Origin: Acidobacteriota bacterium
Lineage (GTDB): Bacteria; Acidobacteriota; UBA890; WLXD01
Reading direction: 5' to 3'
Length of the DNA: 64,000 nucleotides
NCBI GenBank assembly: GCA_963666055.2
Contig: CAXWPH010000012.1
Coordinates: 96,001-160,000 of the forward strand
Numbering within the stretch: the stretch's first letter is position 1; every line of letters starts with the position of its first letter. The notes below the pieces were generated by a model. The model was not told where the DNA came from and made no database searches. It saw nothing but the letters and a program-made list of their open reading frames with translations. The position numbers and the translations under genes were made by a program. Shown here one piece after another: positions 39,425-50,544 of the stretch.

Positions 39425-39910
39425 CTACATCTCGTATTTTGAGAACTCGTCGGGGTCCAAGTTCTCAAACCAGCGTCGCAGCCTCTCCGAAGTCGACGGG
39501 TCTCGGTCGTCGTCGACGGAGCGCGCCTGATTGAGCACCGCCTCTTCGACGAAGATCGGCGCCTCGGTTCGAAGGGCCAATGCGAGCGCATCGCTCGGCC
39601 TCGAGTCGACCGTGATCTCGCTGTCTTCGATCTTCATGTGGATCTTTGCGAAATACGTGTTCTCGCGAAGCTCGGTGACTACGATCTTGTCGACTCGGGC
39701 ACCGAACGCTCCGACCATGTTGTATAGCAGGTCGTGCGTCATCGGCCTCGGCGTATCGATCGCCTCGACCTTCAAGGCGATGGCGTTGGCTTCGAAGATT
39801 CCCACCCAGATCGGCAGGACGTGGTTTTCCGACTCATCCTTGAGGATGACGATCGGCATATTCGTCACCGGGTCAACCATCAACCCTTTGACCTTCATCT
39901 CCACCTGCAT
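39425..39910 (-). CDS. Bifunctional nuclease family (DUF151) protein
   Basis: LPIWVGIFEA, RPMTHDL, DSRPSDALALALR. Confidence 0.92.
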   Translation of the reverse strand: MQVEMKVKGLMVDPVTNMPIVILKDESENHVLPIWVGIFEANAIALKVEAIDTPRPMTHDLLYNMVGAFGARVDKIVVTELRENTYFAKIHMKIEDSEITVDSRPSDALALALRTEAPIFVEEAVLNQARSVDDDRDPSTSERLRRWFENLDPDEFSKYEM

Positions 39911-39991
39911 GCGGCGCTCCTCGCTATGTAATACGACTATATCCGTGCGTCGGAGATCGGATCAAGCATGGCGCTGCACCTGACCGGATCG

Positions 39992-41413
39992 TCACTGTGG
40001 ATCGCTGACCACGCGGCCGTAGAGGCTGTGCGCCGCGTACGATGTGACCTTCACGTCGACCAGTCTACCGATTAGCCGGTGGCCGCCGGGCATGTTGACG
40101 ATGTGGTTCGAGGAGGTGCGGCCCGACACATCCTCAGTCGTACGCTTGCTGATGGAGTCGACTAGCACCTCCGTACGGCGGCCCAGCCACGACGCGTTGT
40201 GCTGCTGTTGAATCTCGCGGCCGACGTCTTGGAGCTCCAGGAGGCGGTCGCGCTTGACCCTCGCGGACACGTCGTCCTTATAGTTGAGCGCCGCCGTGTC
40301 GGGACGCTGCGAGTATTCGAACGAGTAAAAAGAGTCGTACTCGACCTCGCGTACGAGACCGAGGGTGGCCTCGAAGTCGGCGTCGGTCTCGCCCGGGAAT
40401 CCGACGATGATATCGGTCGACAGCCCGACCTCCGGTATCCGACGGCGGAGCTCTTCGATCTGCCCGCGATACGAATCGACCGTGTAGTGGCGGTTCATCT
40501 GATGGAGGATGCGGTCGGAACCTGATTGCACCGGCAGGTGGATATGGTCGGCCACGGTCGGGCACTCGGCCATCGCCTCGATGAGGCGCGGCGACAAGTC
40601 CTTGGGGTGTGACGTCAGAAAACGAACGCGCTCGACGCGCGGCTCCGCGCTCGGAGTCGACCGCAGCATGTCGTCGATCGCTGCGAGGAGGCCGGGGAAG
40701 TCCATCCCGGTTTCGGGGTCGACCCACGAATTGACGTTCTGCCCCAGCAGAGTCGCCTCACGATAGCCGCGCAATCCAAGGCCGCGAATCTCGTTCACGA
40801 TCGCGTGCGCCGGCCGATAGATCTCCAAGCCGCGGGTGCTCGGAACGATGCAGAAGGAGCAATAGTTGTTGCATCCCTCCATGATGGTCACGAAGGCGCG
40901 AACGCGGTCTGCTCGGTGGACTTCTGGAGTTTCGAACTGAACCTTGTCCTCGGTATTGACCTGCGGGCCGAGGCCAGCCTGTACCCGGCCCAGAACACTC
41001 TCCAGGCTATGTATAGCCCGTGTGCCGATGACGAAGTCGACGCTGGGTTGGCGATCGATGATCTCCTCGCCACGCTGCTGCGCGATGCAACCAGTAACAC
41101 CGACCAGCAACTCGCGCGGCTGGCCGCCTCGGCCGCCCTCGCGCGACAACACATCCTTGATCTGACGCAGCCTGCCGAGCTGCGAGAAGAGCTTGTCTTC
41201 CGCACGTTCGCGCACCGAGCAGGTGTTTACCAGCACGAGATCGGCATCGGATGCCTGCTCGGCGGCTTCGTACCCCATGCCGTCGAGAAGGCCTGCGTAG
41301 ATCTCCGAATCGTGCACGTTCATCTGACAGCCGAACGTCTTGATCCAATAACGCGGCTTGCGTAACGGGCTCACATTCGTCTCAGACGTACGCAGGCTGT
41401 CGAGATCGGTCAT
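39992..41413 (-). CDS. miaB: tRNA methylthiotransferase MiaB
   Basis: TFGCQMN, NTCSVRE, GCIAQ, CNNYCSFC radical-SAM motif, C-terminal TRAM domain. Confidence 0.95.
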   Translation of the reverse strand: MTDLDSLRTSETNVSPLRKPRYWIKTFGCQMNVHDSEIYAGLLDGMGYEAAEQASDADLVLVNTCSVRERAEDKLFSQLGRLRQIKDVLSREGGRGGQPRELLVGVTGCIAQQRGEEIIDRQPSVDFVIGTRAIHSLESVLGRVQAGLGPQVNTEDKVQFETPEVHRADRVRAFVTIMEGCNNYCSFCIVPSTRGLEIYRPAHAIVNEIRGLGLRGYREATLLGQNVNSWVDPETGMDFPGLLAAIDDMLRSTPSAEPRVERVRFLTSHPKDLSPRLIEAMAECPTVADHIHLPVQSGSDRILHQMNRHYTVDSYRGQIEELRRRIPEVGLSTDIIVGFPGETDADFEATLGLVREVEYDSFYSFEYSQRPDTAALNYKDDVSARVKRDRLLELQDVGREIQQQHNASWLGRRTEVLVDSISKRTTEDVSGRTSSNHIVNMPGGHRLIGRLVDVKVTSYAAHSLYGRVVSDPQ

Positions 41414-41490
41414 TCGAAGGGCTGTCCGGTGCGGCTCGGTCTGAAGGACTCCGCGATTGGAACCGCGTACACGGCGCCGCGGAGGACCGA

Positions 41491-42126
41491 TTATACCAGT
41501 CGTGCGCCCAAGAACTGCCGCAGCTCCGACTCGTCCAGCGCCCCGTGGCGGACGATTCGAGCTGGTGCCTGGGTGATATCGAGCAAAGTAGAAGGCTTGC
41601 CTCCCGCGGTCCGTCCGGCGTCGACGATCCCGGCGAGCGCGGCGTGGTCAACCGCTAACGTCTCGAGGTCCTGAGCCGGCGCCTCGCCGGTTCGGTTCGC
41701 CGATGTACCGGTCACGCCACCCACCCGAGCGGCGATCCGCCGCGACGTCCGGTTACTGGGTACCCGCACGGCAACCGCCCTCGTTGAGCTGACGAGAGGC
41801 CCGGCCAAGTCATCTCGTGCTGGCAGAAGAAGCGTCAGTCGACCCGGCCAAAAACGCGTCGCAAGCTCTTCGAGCAATGGCGGCGAGGCCGGTGCTAGCT
41901 CCCTTGCGGCGGATGTGGTGGCCACCAGAACCAGCAAGGGCTTCTCCAGGCCCCTTCCCTTGAGCCGTTGCACTCGGTTGAGCGCCTCGCCACAACGCAC
42001 GTCGGCTGCGAGCGCATAGAAGCTGCCGGTGGGCACAACGATGATCCCACCTTCTTCGAGGGCGGCGGTGATGGCCCCAAGCTCCAGATCGAGGTCGGCA
42101 TCCGAATGAATCACCCAGCGCTGCAT
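41491..42126 (-). CDS. tsaC: L-threonylcarbamoyladenylate synthase (TsaC/YrdC)
   Basis: KGRGLEKPL, FWPG, AVRVP, TSAN, PST. Confidence 0.9.
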   Translation of the reverse strand: MQRWVIHSDADLDLELGAITAALEEGGIIVVPTGSFYALAADVRCGEALNRVQRLKGRGLEKPLLVLVATTSAARELAPASPPLLEELATRFWPGRLTLLLPARDDLAGPLVSSTRAVAVRVPSNRTSRRIAARVGGVTGTSANRTGEAPAQDLETLAVDHAALAGIVDAGRTAGGKPSTLLDITQAPARIVRHGALDESELRQFLGARLV

Positions 42127-42245
42127 CTGGCCTCCGGCCCAGGCGGGCCGTTTCAGGATAACCTGAGCTGCGCGACCTCTTGCCCATCATCGTTCCACGT
42201 TGCCATGATCAGCTTCTCTTAGATCGAGTCGCCGTTAATCTCGAT

Positions 42246-43625
42246 ATGCCAGACGCCGCATCCGGAGACCTGTTTGGCCCCCCTGACGGGCCGTCGATGA
42301 CTGCCGAGGTCGATCCGAGCTCGCCCCTCGCCGAGCGTATGCGTCCGCGCACTATCGAGGAGGTTCTCGGTCAGGAGCATCTGCTCGGTGAGGGCCGGCT
42401 TCTGAGCCAGCTAGTAGCGTCAGGGCATCCGACGTCGCTGATCCTGTGGGGCCCGGCGGGGGTGGGAAAGACGACCCTGGCACGCATCATCGGCGTCGCT
42501 ACCGGCAGCCGGCTGGTGGCGCTATCCGCAACCTCTTCGGGCGTCAAGCAGGTACGCGAGGCCGCCGACCAAGCATCTCGCCTCCGCCAGCATTCTGGCG
42601 GCCGCACGGTCATGTTCATCGACGAGATCCATCGTTTCCACAAGGGTCAGCAGGACGCTCTTCTGCCCTGGGTTGAGGACGGGTCGATCGTCCTTATCGG
42701 CGCCACGACGGAGAACCCGTCGTTCGAGGTTATTCCACCGTTGTTGTCGCGCTGTCGCGTCCTTCGCCTCGAGGCCCTGACTCCGGAGCACCTGGAGCTA
42801 CTGCTGCGGCGCGCCCTCGATACATCGCTGCCGCGCGGGTTGGCAGCCTCGGCGATCGAGTTTCCCGAACGGCTGCTGCGTCAGATCGCTGCTCTCGCGG
42901 ACGGCGACGCCCGTGCCGCGCTGTCAGCACTGGAGCTCGCCGTGAGCCTGGCTCGCCAACGGGGTGGGCGACCGCTTTCGGTGAGCGACGACGATGTCAA
43001 AGAGGCGCTCCAACGCCCCCACCTCCGCTACGATCGCGAGGAGCACTTCAACCAGATCTCGGCGCTACAGAAAAGCGTCCGCAACAGCAACCCCGATGCG
43101 GCGCTTTACTGGCTGGCGCGTATGCTCGAAGCGGGCGAGGCACCCTTGTACGTGGCGCGACGGCTGGTGCGCATGGCGAGCGAGGACATCGGCCTGGCCG
43201 ACCCCGGAGCGCTACCGCTCGCCGTTGCCGGCATGCAGACCATGCACGCTATCGGCATGCCCGAGGGTGCCCTGGCGCTGGCCGAGGTCGCCATCTACTT
43301 AGCCGCAGCTCCCAAGAGCAATAGCATCCTTACCGCCTACCGCGCTGCGGTCGATGAGACTCAGGCGAGCGGCAACCTCGCCGTACCGATGCAGCTACGC
43401 AACGCTCCGACCCGGCTGATGAAGGAGGAGGGCTACGGGGCGGGCTATGTCTATGCGCACGATCTCGATGACGGGGTCGCCGCGATGGACTGCCTCCCTG
43501 CGGAGATCAGTGATCGACGCTTCTACGTCGCCGGCGAGCGCGGTGCCGAGATCGGGATAGCCAAGCGACTTCGAGACTTCGCGAGAGGCCGCCGCCCACG
43601 CGGCGCACCCGATCTCGCCGACTAG
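42246..43625 (+). CDS. rarA: Replication-associated recombination protein A (RarA/MgsA)
   Basis: PLAERMRP, GPAGVGKTT, DEIHRF, GATTENPSF, SEDIGLADP. Confidence 0.95.
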   Translation: MPDAASGDLFGPPDGPSMTAEVDPSSPLAERMRPRTIEEVLGQEHLLGEGRLLSQLVASGHPTSLILWGPAGVGKTTLARIIGVATGSRLVALSATSSGVKQVREAADQASRLRQHSGGRTVMFIDEIHRFHKGQQDALLPWVEDGSIVLIGATTENPSFEVIPPLLSRCRVLRLEALTPEHLELLLRRALDTSLPRGLAASAIEFPERLLRQIAALADGDARAALSALELAVSLARQRGGRPLSVSDDDVKEALQRPHLRYDREEHFNQISALQKSVRNSNPDAALYWLARMLEAGEAPLYVARRLVRMASEDIGLADPGALPLAVAGMQTMHAIGMPEGALALAEVAIYLAAAPKSNSILTAYRAAVDETQASGNLAVPMQLRNAPTRLMKEEGYGAGYVYAHDLDDGVAAMDCLPAEISDRRFYVAGERGAEIGIAKRLRDFARGRRPRGAPDLAD

Positions 43626-46117
43626 CCCATACCTGCCGGACGTCGTCGAGCTGCCTTCTTTTTGCGTCGAGGTGGTCGTTTGATCGCCGCTTTTCGCGGC
43701 GCCGGCGGCGGAGACGTCAGCGCGTGCTCCAGTGCCTCCTCGACCCGATCGATGAACAGGAACTCCAAGCCCCGCCGCGCCTTCTCCGGAATCTCTTCGA
43801 GATCCTTCTCGTTCTTGCGCGGCATGACGACTCGCTTGAGCCCGGCTCGGTGGGCGGCCAGGACTTTGTTCTTGATACCACCCACTGGGAGCGCCAACCC
43901 CCGCAAGGTCAGCTCGCCGGTGAGGCCCAGATCGCTGGCGACTCGCCGCCCGGTGAATAACGAGGCCAATGCTACGAGCATCGCAATCCCGGCAGACGGA
44001 CCATCTTTGGGAGTGGCGCCGGCCGGCACATGGAGGTGCACGTCGTGGTTCTTGAACGCGCTGTCCGCGATACCCAGATCGGCGGCGTGACCGCGCAGGT
44101 ACGACATCGCGGCCTGCGCAGATTCCTTCATCACATCACCGAGCTGACCGGTCAGGCGCAGCTCGCCCTTGCCCTTCATTCGCGTCGCCTCGATGAACAG
44201 GATGTCGCCGCCCGTGACCGTCCAAGCGAGGCCCACCGCGACTCCCGAAACAGCGGTTCGCTCCGCCAGGTCGGAGAAGAACTTTATCGGGCCCAGGAAG
44301 CGATGGAGGTGCGCCACGGTCACATCGAGTGCCTCCGCCGGGCTGGCGTCGGGGTCATCGATTTGCTCCGCCACCAGCCTGGCCTGGGCACGGCAAATCG
44401 CCGCGATCTCGCGCTCTAGCCCGCGCAATCCGGCCTCCTCCGTATAGTCGCGGACGATCGCACCGATGGCGTCGCTGGCAAAGCTGAGTTGCTCGGGAGT
44501 GAGCCCGTGATCGTCGAGTTGTCGTGGCACCAAATAGCGTTGTGCGATCTCGACTTTCTCCTCGGCGGTGTAGCCGGGCAGCTCGAGAACTTCCATGCGA
44601 TCGCGCAAGACGGCAGGGATACCCTCGGGCGTGTTCCCCGTAGCGATAAACAGCACGCGCGAGAGATCGAAGGCGACTTCGAGATAGTGGTCCGAGAACG
44701 TGTCGTTTTGTTCCGGATCAAGCACCTCGAGCAAGGCGGCAGAAGGGTCGCCCCTGAAGTCTTGGCCGATCTTGTCGATCTCGTCCAGCATGAACACCGG
44801 GTTCATCGATCCGGCCCGCTTGATGCATTGGATTATGCGGCCGGGCAGGGCACCCACATACGTACGACGATGACCCCGAATCTCCGCCTCGTCGTGCACT
44901 CCGCCTAGCGATAGGCGCACGAATTTCCGTCCGAGGGCGGCGGCGATGGAGCGACCCAAGGACGTCTTCCCTACCCCTGGAGGTCCAATGAAGCACAGGA
45001 TCGGGCCCCGTTTGTCGGGCTTGAGCTTGCGCACCGCCAGGTATTCGATGATCCGCTTCTTCACCTTCTCCAGGTCGTAGTGGTCCTTGTCGAGAAGCTC
45101 TGCCGCGATCTTGAGGTCGAGGTTGTCCTCGGTATAGACACCCCATGGCATGTCGAGGATCCACTCGATGTACGTGCGTAGCACGTGATGCTCCGCTGCC
45201 GCGGGCGACATCCGGGAAAGCCGATCGAGCTCCTGGGTTGTTGTCTTACGAACGTCGTCGGGCATCGCGGCCTCGCTGATTCGCCGCCCAAGCGCCTCGA
45301 TCTCAGCGTTGTCCTCTTCCTCGCCGAGCTCGCGCTTGATGGCCCGCAAGCGTTCGCGCAAGTACATTTCACGCTGCCCGCGGTCGATCTCCCCCTGGAC
45401 TTCAGACTCGATCTTCTGTGACAGCTCGAGCACCTGAACCTGCTGCGTGAGCAGCCCCAGGAGCACGGTGAGCCGCTCGCTTGGCGACAACGTCTCGAGC
45501 ACCCGCTGCTTGTCTTCGACCGCGGTGGCAATATGCGCCGCGATGATGTCGACCATAGCGCCGGGCCGCGTCGCCGCACGTGCCAGCCCTTCCAGCTCGG
45601 CGGGCAGATCGGCCGACAGCTCGATGAGCTGTCGCAACAGGCGCAATGCACTGACTCGCTTGGCCTCGATCTCGACGTTGGCCACCGCAGCCTGCTCGGG
45701 GATGTCCTTCCAGGTGGCGTGAATGTAGGGGTCGGTGGAGGTGACCGCGTCGAGACGCAGCCTTTGAATGCCTTGAACAATCACGTTGAGATTACCGTTA
45801 GGCAGACTCAGAACCTTCACCAGTCGCGCCAGCGTGGCGATCTCGTGCAGATCGTCGGCCTTAGGCTCTTCGATCTCGGCGTTGCGCAACGCTACGACAG
45901 CCACCAGCCGATCGGCATCCATCGTCTCGACTACCAGCTGCTGGGAGGCCTTCCGCCCCACCAGCACCGGCATGACCACCCCGGGAAACAGCACAGACCC
46001 GCGCAGCGGTAACACCGGTAGCGTCGCTGGGAACTCGAGCTCCCCTCCTGCCTCGCGGCCAAGCTCCTGCTGAATCTCGGCGTCGAGGTGAGCGTGGAAC
46101 GGATCGGATTCAGGCAT
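43622..46117 (-). CDS. lon: ATP-dependent protease La (Lon)
   Basis: LON N-domain, GPPGVGKTS, RGHRRTYVGA, PKDGPSAG catalytic Ser. Confidence 0.97.
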   Translation of the reverse strand: MPESDPFHAHLDAEIQQELGREAGGELEFPATLPVLPLRGSVLFPGVVMPVLVGRKASQQLVVETMDADRLVAVVALRNAEIEEPKADDLHEIATLARLVKVLSLPNGNLNVIVQGIQRLRLDAVTSTDPYIHATWKDIPEQAAVANVEIEAKRVSALRLLRQLIELSADLPAELEGLARAATRPGAMVDIIAAHIATAVEDKQRVLETLSPSERLTVLLGLLTQQVQVLELSQKIESEVQGEIDRGQREMYLRERLRAIKRELGEEEDNAEIEALGRRISEAAMPDDVRKTTTQELDRLSRMSPAAAEHHVLRTYIEWILDMPWGVYTEDNLDLKIAAELLDKDHYDLEKVKKRIIEYLAVRKLKPDKRGPILCFIGPPGVGKTSLGRSIAAALGRKFVRLSLGGVHDEAEIRGHRRTYVGALPGRIIQCIKRAGSMNPVFMLDEIDKIGQDFRGDPSAALLEVLDPEQNDTFSDHYLEVAFDLSRVLFIATGNTPEGIPAVLRDRMEVLELPGYTAEEKVEIAQRYLVPRQLDDHGLTPEQLSFASDAIGAIVRDYTEEAGLRGLEREIAAICRAQARLVAEQIDDPDASPAEALDVTVAHLHRFLGPIKFFSDLAERTAVSGVAVGLAWTVTGGDILFIEATRMKGKGELRLTGQLGDVMKESAQAAMSYLRGHAADLGIADSAFKNHDVHLHVPAGATPKDGPSAGIAMLVALASLFTGRRVASDLGLTGELTLRGLALPVGGIKNKVLAAHRAGLKRVVMPRKNEKDLEEIPEKARRGLEFLFIDRVEEALEHALTSPPPAPRKAAIKRPPRRKKKAARRRPAGMG

Positions 46118-46225
46118 GTGTGTTCGGTTGCTCTTTGAGTAAGTTGCAGCGCATTCGCCTTCGCGTATGGTACCGCGCCCCCATCGGCCGCATGACGCAG
46201 CCCAACAGGCGCCACGCTTCGGGGC

Positions 46226-47152
46226 TCACTCGTTCTCCTGGCGTGGATCGTACGGATGCTGATCGCGTATCTGTCGCAAGATCTCCACCATTGGATCGGC
46301 GAGCTGTTTCGGCAGCTCGATCGCCACCTTCGCCATCAAGTCCCCTGCGCCGCCCGCCTTGCGTGCGGCGCCCTTGCCGCGCAGGCGGAACACCTGCCCG
46401 TTCGACGTGCCGGCTGGCAAGCTGATCGTCGTCGTCCCGGAGAGCGTCGGCACCTGCACGCGGCCACCGAGCGCCGCCTCATAAATGGTGATCGGCACGT
46501 TGGTGTGCAGATCGTCGCCGACGAGCCGGAACCGCGGGTGCGCCGCAATATCGACCACGACATACAGGTCGCCGCGGGCGCCGCCATTGAGTCCCGCGGA
46601 ACCCTTCCCTCGAACCCGAACCTTGCTCCCTTGCCGCACCCCGGCGGGGATTCGCACGCGGGTACGCTGCACGTCGCCGTTCTCGCCGCGGTAACTGATC
46701 AGGCGCTCAGCTCCGTTTACCGCCTCCTCGAGCCCGAGCTCGACACGAATACGTATGTCGCGCCCTCGCGACGGCGGCTGACGAACATGCGGGCGGCCAC
46801 CGAACCGGCTACCAGCGCCGAACCCACCGAGGAGCTCCTCGATGTTGAACCCACCGACCGAGAAGCCGCCGCCGCCGCCGAACAAGTTGCCGAACTGCTC
46901 GGAGAACGCCGATCCGTCGAAGTCGCGAGCGAACGCCTCAGGGCCCACCTGATCGTATTTCTTGCGCCGCTCGAGATCGCCGAGCACGTGGTAGGCCTCG
47001 GAGATCTCCTTGAACCTCTCCTCGGCCTTAGCATCGCCGGAATTGACATCCGGGTGCCACTTCCGGGCGAGCTTACGGTAGGCGCGCTTGATCTCGTCCG
47101 CCGCGGCTGCCTTCGCGACGCCGAGAACGGCATAGTAGTCGTGGCGCGGCAT
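46226..47152 (-). CDS. Class B J-domain protein (DnaJ/CbpA-like, no zinc finger)
   Basis: J domain with HPD, G/F-rich linker, C-terminal substrate-binding domain, no CxxCxGxG repeats. Confidence 0.92.
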   Translation of the reverse strand: MPRHDYYAVLGVAKAAAADEIKRAYRKLARKWHPDVNSGDAKAEERFKEISEAYHVLGDLERRKKYDQVGPEAFARDFDGSAFSEQFGNLFGGGGGFSVGGFNIEELLGGFGAGSRFGGRPHVRQPPSRGRDIRIRVELGLEEAVNGAERLISYRGENGDVQRTRVRIPAGVRQGSKVRVRGKGSAGLNGGARGDLYVVVDIAAHPRFRLVGDDLHTNVPITIYEAALGGRVQVPTLSGTTTISLPAGTSNGQVFRLRGKGAARKAGGAGDLMAKVAIELPKQLADPMVEILRQIRDQHPYDPRQENE

Positions 47153-47177
47153 CTAGCAGGCCGTGGTGGAAATGTGG
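47153..47177. repeat. Solo terminal repeat of the 9141 element abutting the J-protein start codon
   Basis: CTAGCAGGCCGTGGTGGAAATGTGG, 24/25 identical to the 34381-34405 copy. Confidence 0.75.
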
Positions 47178-47205
47178 GTCGTCAGGGCCGCCATTCTAGG
47201 GCTGT

Positions 47206-49824
47206 TCATGTCACCTCGGCCTCGGCAGTCACTCGAGTACCGCGGAACGTCAGCACGGAGCTAGTGGGATCCGTGTCCACGCGGATGTGGTCGCCGTCGA
47301 CGAACTCACCTGACAAGATCGCCCGCGCTAGAGGATTCTCGACCAGCTGGCGGATGAGGCGCTTGAGCGGGCGGGCGCCATAGACCGGGTCGTAGCCTTG
47401 CTCCGCCAGTAGCTGCTCAGCAGCCTCGCTGAACTCGATCTCGAGGTTACGATCGGCGACGCGTTCGGCCACTTGGCTTAGCTGGATGCGCACGATCTCT
47501 TGCAATTGTGCCACCGACAAGGACGAGAAGACGATCGTCTCGTCGATGCGGTTCACGAACTCCGGACGGAAGGTGCGGCGCACGGCGTCCAGCACTGCCG
47601 CTTCGATGCCCTCCGGCCCGATCTCGTCCAGCCGCTGCATATGCTCGCTGCCGAGGTTCGATGTCATGATCACGATGCTGTTGGAGAAGTCGACCGTGCG
47701 CCCCTTGCCGTCAGTAAGGCGCCCATCGTCGAGGATTTGCAGCAGGATGTTGAAGACATCGGGATGCGCCTTTTCGATCTCGTCGAGGAGGATGACCGAG
47801 TAAGGGCGCCGGCGCACAGCCTCGGTAAGGAAACCACCTTCTTCGTGGCCAACGTAACCGGGCGGTGCACCGATCATGCGCGCCACCGCGTGGCGCTCCA
47901 TATACTCCGTCATGTCGAGACGAATCATCGCCTCTTCGCTGTCGAACATGAACTCCGCCAGGGCCTTCGCCAACTCGGTTTTCCCTACGCCGGTCGGACC
48001 AAGGAACATGAACGAGCCGTAGGGACGGCCGGGCTCTTGCAGTCCGGCACGGGCCCTGCGGATGGCATCGGAGATGGCCCGCACCGCTGGCTCCTGGCCG
48101 ACGACGCGCTGGTGTAGCCGGGACTCCATTGCCAGCAGCTTGTCGATTTCCCCTTCGATGAGCTTGCTGACCGGAATGCCTGTCCACCGCGACACCACGG
48201 CGGCCACGTCTTCGGCGTCGACCTCCTCCTTGAGCATGGCGTTGCCGTCACCGTTAAGCTCCTCCAGGCGCTGGCGTGAGGTTTCGAGCTCTGCCTGGCG
48301 CTCACGGATAACGCCGTACCGTAGCTCCGCGGCGCGCGCCAGGTCACCGTCGCGCTCGGCGCGCTCGGCATCGATGCCCGCCTCCTCGATCTGGCGCTTG
48401 AGCTCCAGAATGCCACGCACGTGCCGAACTTCCTCCTCCCACCGCGCCTTCAGGCGCTCATGCTCTACGACCAGCGCGCTGAGGTCCTCCTCGAGCGTCT
48501 CCAGTCGATCCCTTGAGGCGCTGTCGTCTTCCTTGCGTAGCGCCTCGCGCTCGATCTCCATCTGGCGGCGGCGCCGTTCGATCTCGTCGAGAGGTGCCGG
48601 CTTGCTATCGATCTCGACTCGCAATCGCGCCCCCGCCTCATCCATCAGATCGATCGCTTTGTCAGGCAAGAACCGGTCGGTGATATAGCGGTGAGAGAGT
48701 GTCGCGGCTGCGATCAGCGCAGCGTCACGGATGCGTACCCCGTGGTGCACCTCGTAGCGTTCCTTGAGACCGCGCAGGATCGAGATGGTTTCCTCTACCG
48801 CCGGCTCTTGTACCCGCACCGGTTGGAAGCGGCGCTCGAGCGCTGGGTCTTTCTCGATGTACTTGCGAAACTCGTTCAGGGTGGTGGCACCGATCGCGTG
48901 CAGCTCGCCGCGCGCCAGCGCCGGCTTGAGCATGTTGGACGCGTCGACGGCGCCCTCGGCAGCACCGGCGCCGACAACAGTATGCAGCTCATCGATAAAC
49001 AGGATCACGTCGCCTGTCTCGGTGACCTCGCGCAAGAATGCCTTGAGCCGATCCTCGAACTCGCCCCGATATTTGGCCCCGGCCAGCATGGCGCCGAGGT
49101 CCAGGCTGATCACACGGCGGTTCTTCAGCGTCTCCGGCACATCACCGTTGATGACGCGCTGCGCCAACCCCTCGACAATGGCCGTCTTGCCCACACCCGG
49201 CTCACCGAGCAGCAGCGGGTTGTTCTTGGTCCGCCGCGACAGGACCTGTACAACCCTCCGGATCTCTTCGTCCCGGCCGATCACCGGGTCCAGCTTGCCG
49301 CGGCGGGCACGCTCGGTAAGGTCAACCCCGTACTGGTCGATGGCGTTGTACTTGTCCTCCGGGTTGGGATCGGTGACCCGCATGCCGCCACGCACCTTCT
49401 GCAACGCGGCGAAGAGGTCGTCGCGGCCTACGCGATGGCTGACGAGCAGCTCGGCTGCTCTGGCGCCCGATCCCAGCAACCCCAGCAGCAAGTGCTCGGT
49501 GGAGACGAATCGATCCTCCAGCTGATCGGCCTCGGTATGAGCCGTCTCGAAGGCCGACTTGGCGCTCGCCTCCAGATAGGGCTCGAGGTTTCCACCACTC
49601 ACCTTCGGACGTTGCTCGGCCTCCGCACGGAGGGCCTGGAGCAGGGCATCCGGATCGCTTCCGAGCCGCTGGAGAACGGTGCGCACGACGCCGTCGGCCG
49701 GCTCGAGCAACGCCATCAACAAGTGGACGCCCGCGAGGCCTTGGTGTCTAAGCGATTGCGCTAACGCCTGGGCGCGCTGGACCGCCTCCTGCGCCTTCAC
49801 GGTGAATCTGTCGAAGCGGATCAT
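47206..49824 (-). CDS. clpB: Disaggregase ClpB
   Basis: Two AAA+ modules ([16 protein letters not shown]) and a long coiled-coil middle domain. Confidence 0.96.
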   Translation of the reverse strand: MIRFDRFTVKAQEAVQRAQALAQSLRHQGLAGVHLLMALLEPADGVVRTVLQRLGSDPDALLQALRAEAEQRPKVSGGNLEPYLEASAKSAFETAHTEADQLEDRFVSTEHLLLGLLGSGARAAELLVSHRVGRDDLFAALQKVRGGMRVTDPNPEDKYNAIDQYGVDLTERARRGKLDPVIGRDEEIRRVVQVLSRRTKNNPLLLGEPGVGKTAIVEGLAQRVINGDVPETLKNRRVISLDLGAMLAGAKYRGEFEDRLKAFLREVTETGDVILFIDELHTVVGAGAAEGAVDASNMLKPALARGELHAIGATTLNEFRKYIEKDPALERRFQPVRVQEPAVEETISILRGLKERYEVHHGVRIRDAALIAAATLSHRYITDRFLPDKAIDLMDEAGARLRVEIDSKPAPLDEIERRRRQMEIEREALRKEDDSASRDRLETLEEDLSALVVEHERLKARWEEEVRHVRGILELKRQIEEAGIDAERAERDGDLARAAELRYGVIRERQAELETSRQRLEELNGDGNAMLKEEVDAEDVAAVVSRWTGIPVSKLIEGEIDKLLAMESRLHQRVVGQEPAVRAISDAIRRARAGLQEPGRPYGSFMFLGPTGVGKTELAKALAEFMFDSEEAMIRLDMTEYMERHAVARMIGAPPGYVGHEEGGFLTEAVRRRPYSVILLDEIEKAHPDVFNILLQILDDGRLTDGKGRTVDFSNSIVIMTSNLGSEHMQRLDEIGPEGIEAAVLDAVRRTFRPEFVNRIDETIVFSSLSVAQLQEIVRIQLSQVAERVADRNLEIEFSEAAEQLLAEQGYDPVYGARPLKRLIRQLVENPLARAILSGEFVDGDHIRVDTDPTSSVLTFRGTRVTAEAEVT

Positions 49825-50474
49825 CTGGCTGTCCCTCCCCATCCGGGCGAATGTCGTCCTTCGAGTGTCAATGAGAATGGGTGCTGGTTCAGATCACGAA
49901 TCACCGACGCCACGCGCCCCACCACCTCTACTTCGGCGCTGGCGTCGAATCGCCCCGCCAACGGCACCGCCGTTCGGTCATCCGCGGCCATCTTCATCAA
50001 CAGAACTCTGCGTGACTGCAGGCCGAGCAACAGATCTCCGCGGCGCGCCTCGGCATCGCAATCGACTACCAGGAGGTCACCCTGCAGGATCCCGTGGGCG
50101 CCCAGCGAGGTTGAGCGCACCTGCACAGCGATCGCGTTGGGCCCCACCAGCCTGCCATCGACGTATACCTCACGCGTCCGCGCCTTCGAGAGGCCGCGCG
50201 CCGAGGGCACCCCGGCAACCACCGGCACGCCAATCGACCGGCGTCCAGCCCGAGGGCGTGCCATGCGAGCCAACTCGATGCCACGTGAGGCGCCTGGACG
50301 GCGGCGAATAAAACCCTTGCGCTCGATCGCTTTGAGGTGATCGGAGATCCCCGCGGCAGAGCTGAGGCCGAACGCGTCGGCGATCTCCATAAGGGTTGGC
50401 GGGATGCCGTCGAGGCTGACCTGTCCGACGATAAAGTCGTAGATCGCTCTCTGGCGGCGGGTCAGGGTCGTCAT
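49821..50474 (-). CDS. LexA-like transcriptional repressor with a degenerate S24 autopeptidase domain
   Basis: LTRRQ...PPTLMEIA...HLKAIERKG...SRGI LexA DNA-binding domain; C-domain keeps GI..GDLLVV and VVGRV but lacks VAAG and TVK. Confidence 0.88.
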   Translation of the reverse strand: MTTLTRRQRAIYDFIVGQVSLDGIPPTLMEIADAFGLSSAAGISDHLKAIERKGFIRRRPGASRGIELARMARPRAGRRSIGVPVVAGVPSARGLSKARTREVYVDGRLVGPNAIAVQVRSTSLGAHGILQGDLLVVDCDAEARRGDLLLGLQSRRVLLMKMAADDRTAVPLAGRFDASAEVEVVGRVASVIRDLNQHPFSLTLEGRHSPGWGGTAR

Positions 50475-50544
50475 CTCATCAGGCCTCGCGGTGCGCAACG
50501 GACTTGCCGACGGGCGTTTGTTTCCGTCAGTGAAATCGAGGCCG

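Noticed and set aside
43622-43625. Convergent rarA/lon (and 13359-13362) stops sharing one CTAG
   Set aside because: Four-base overlaps of convergent stop codons are common in compact genomes
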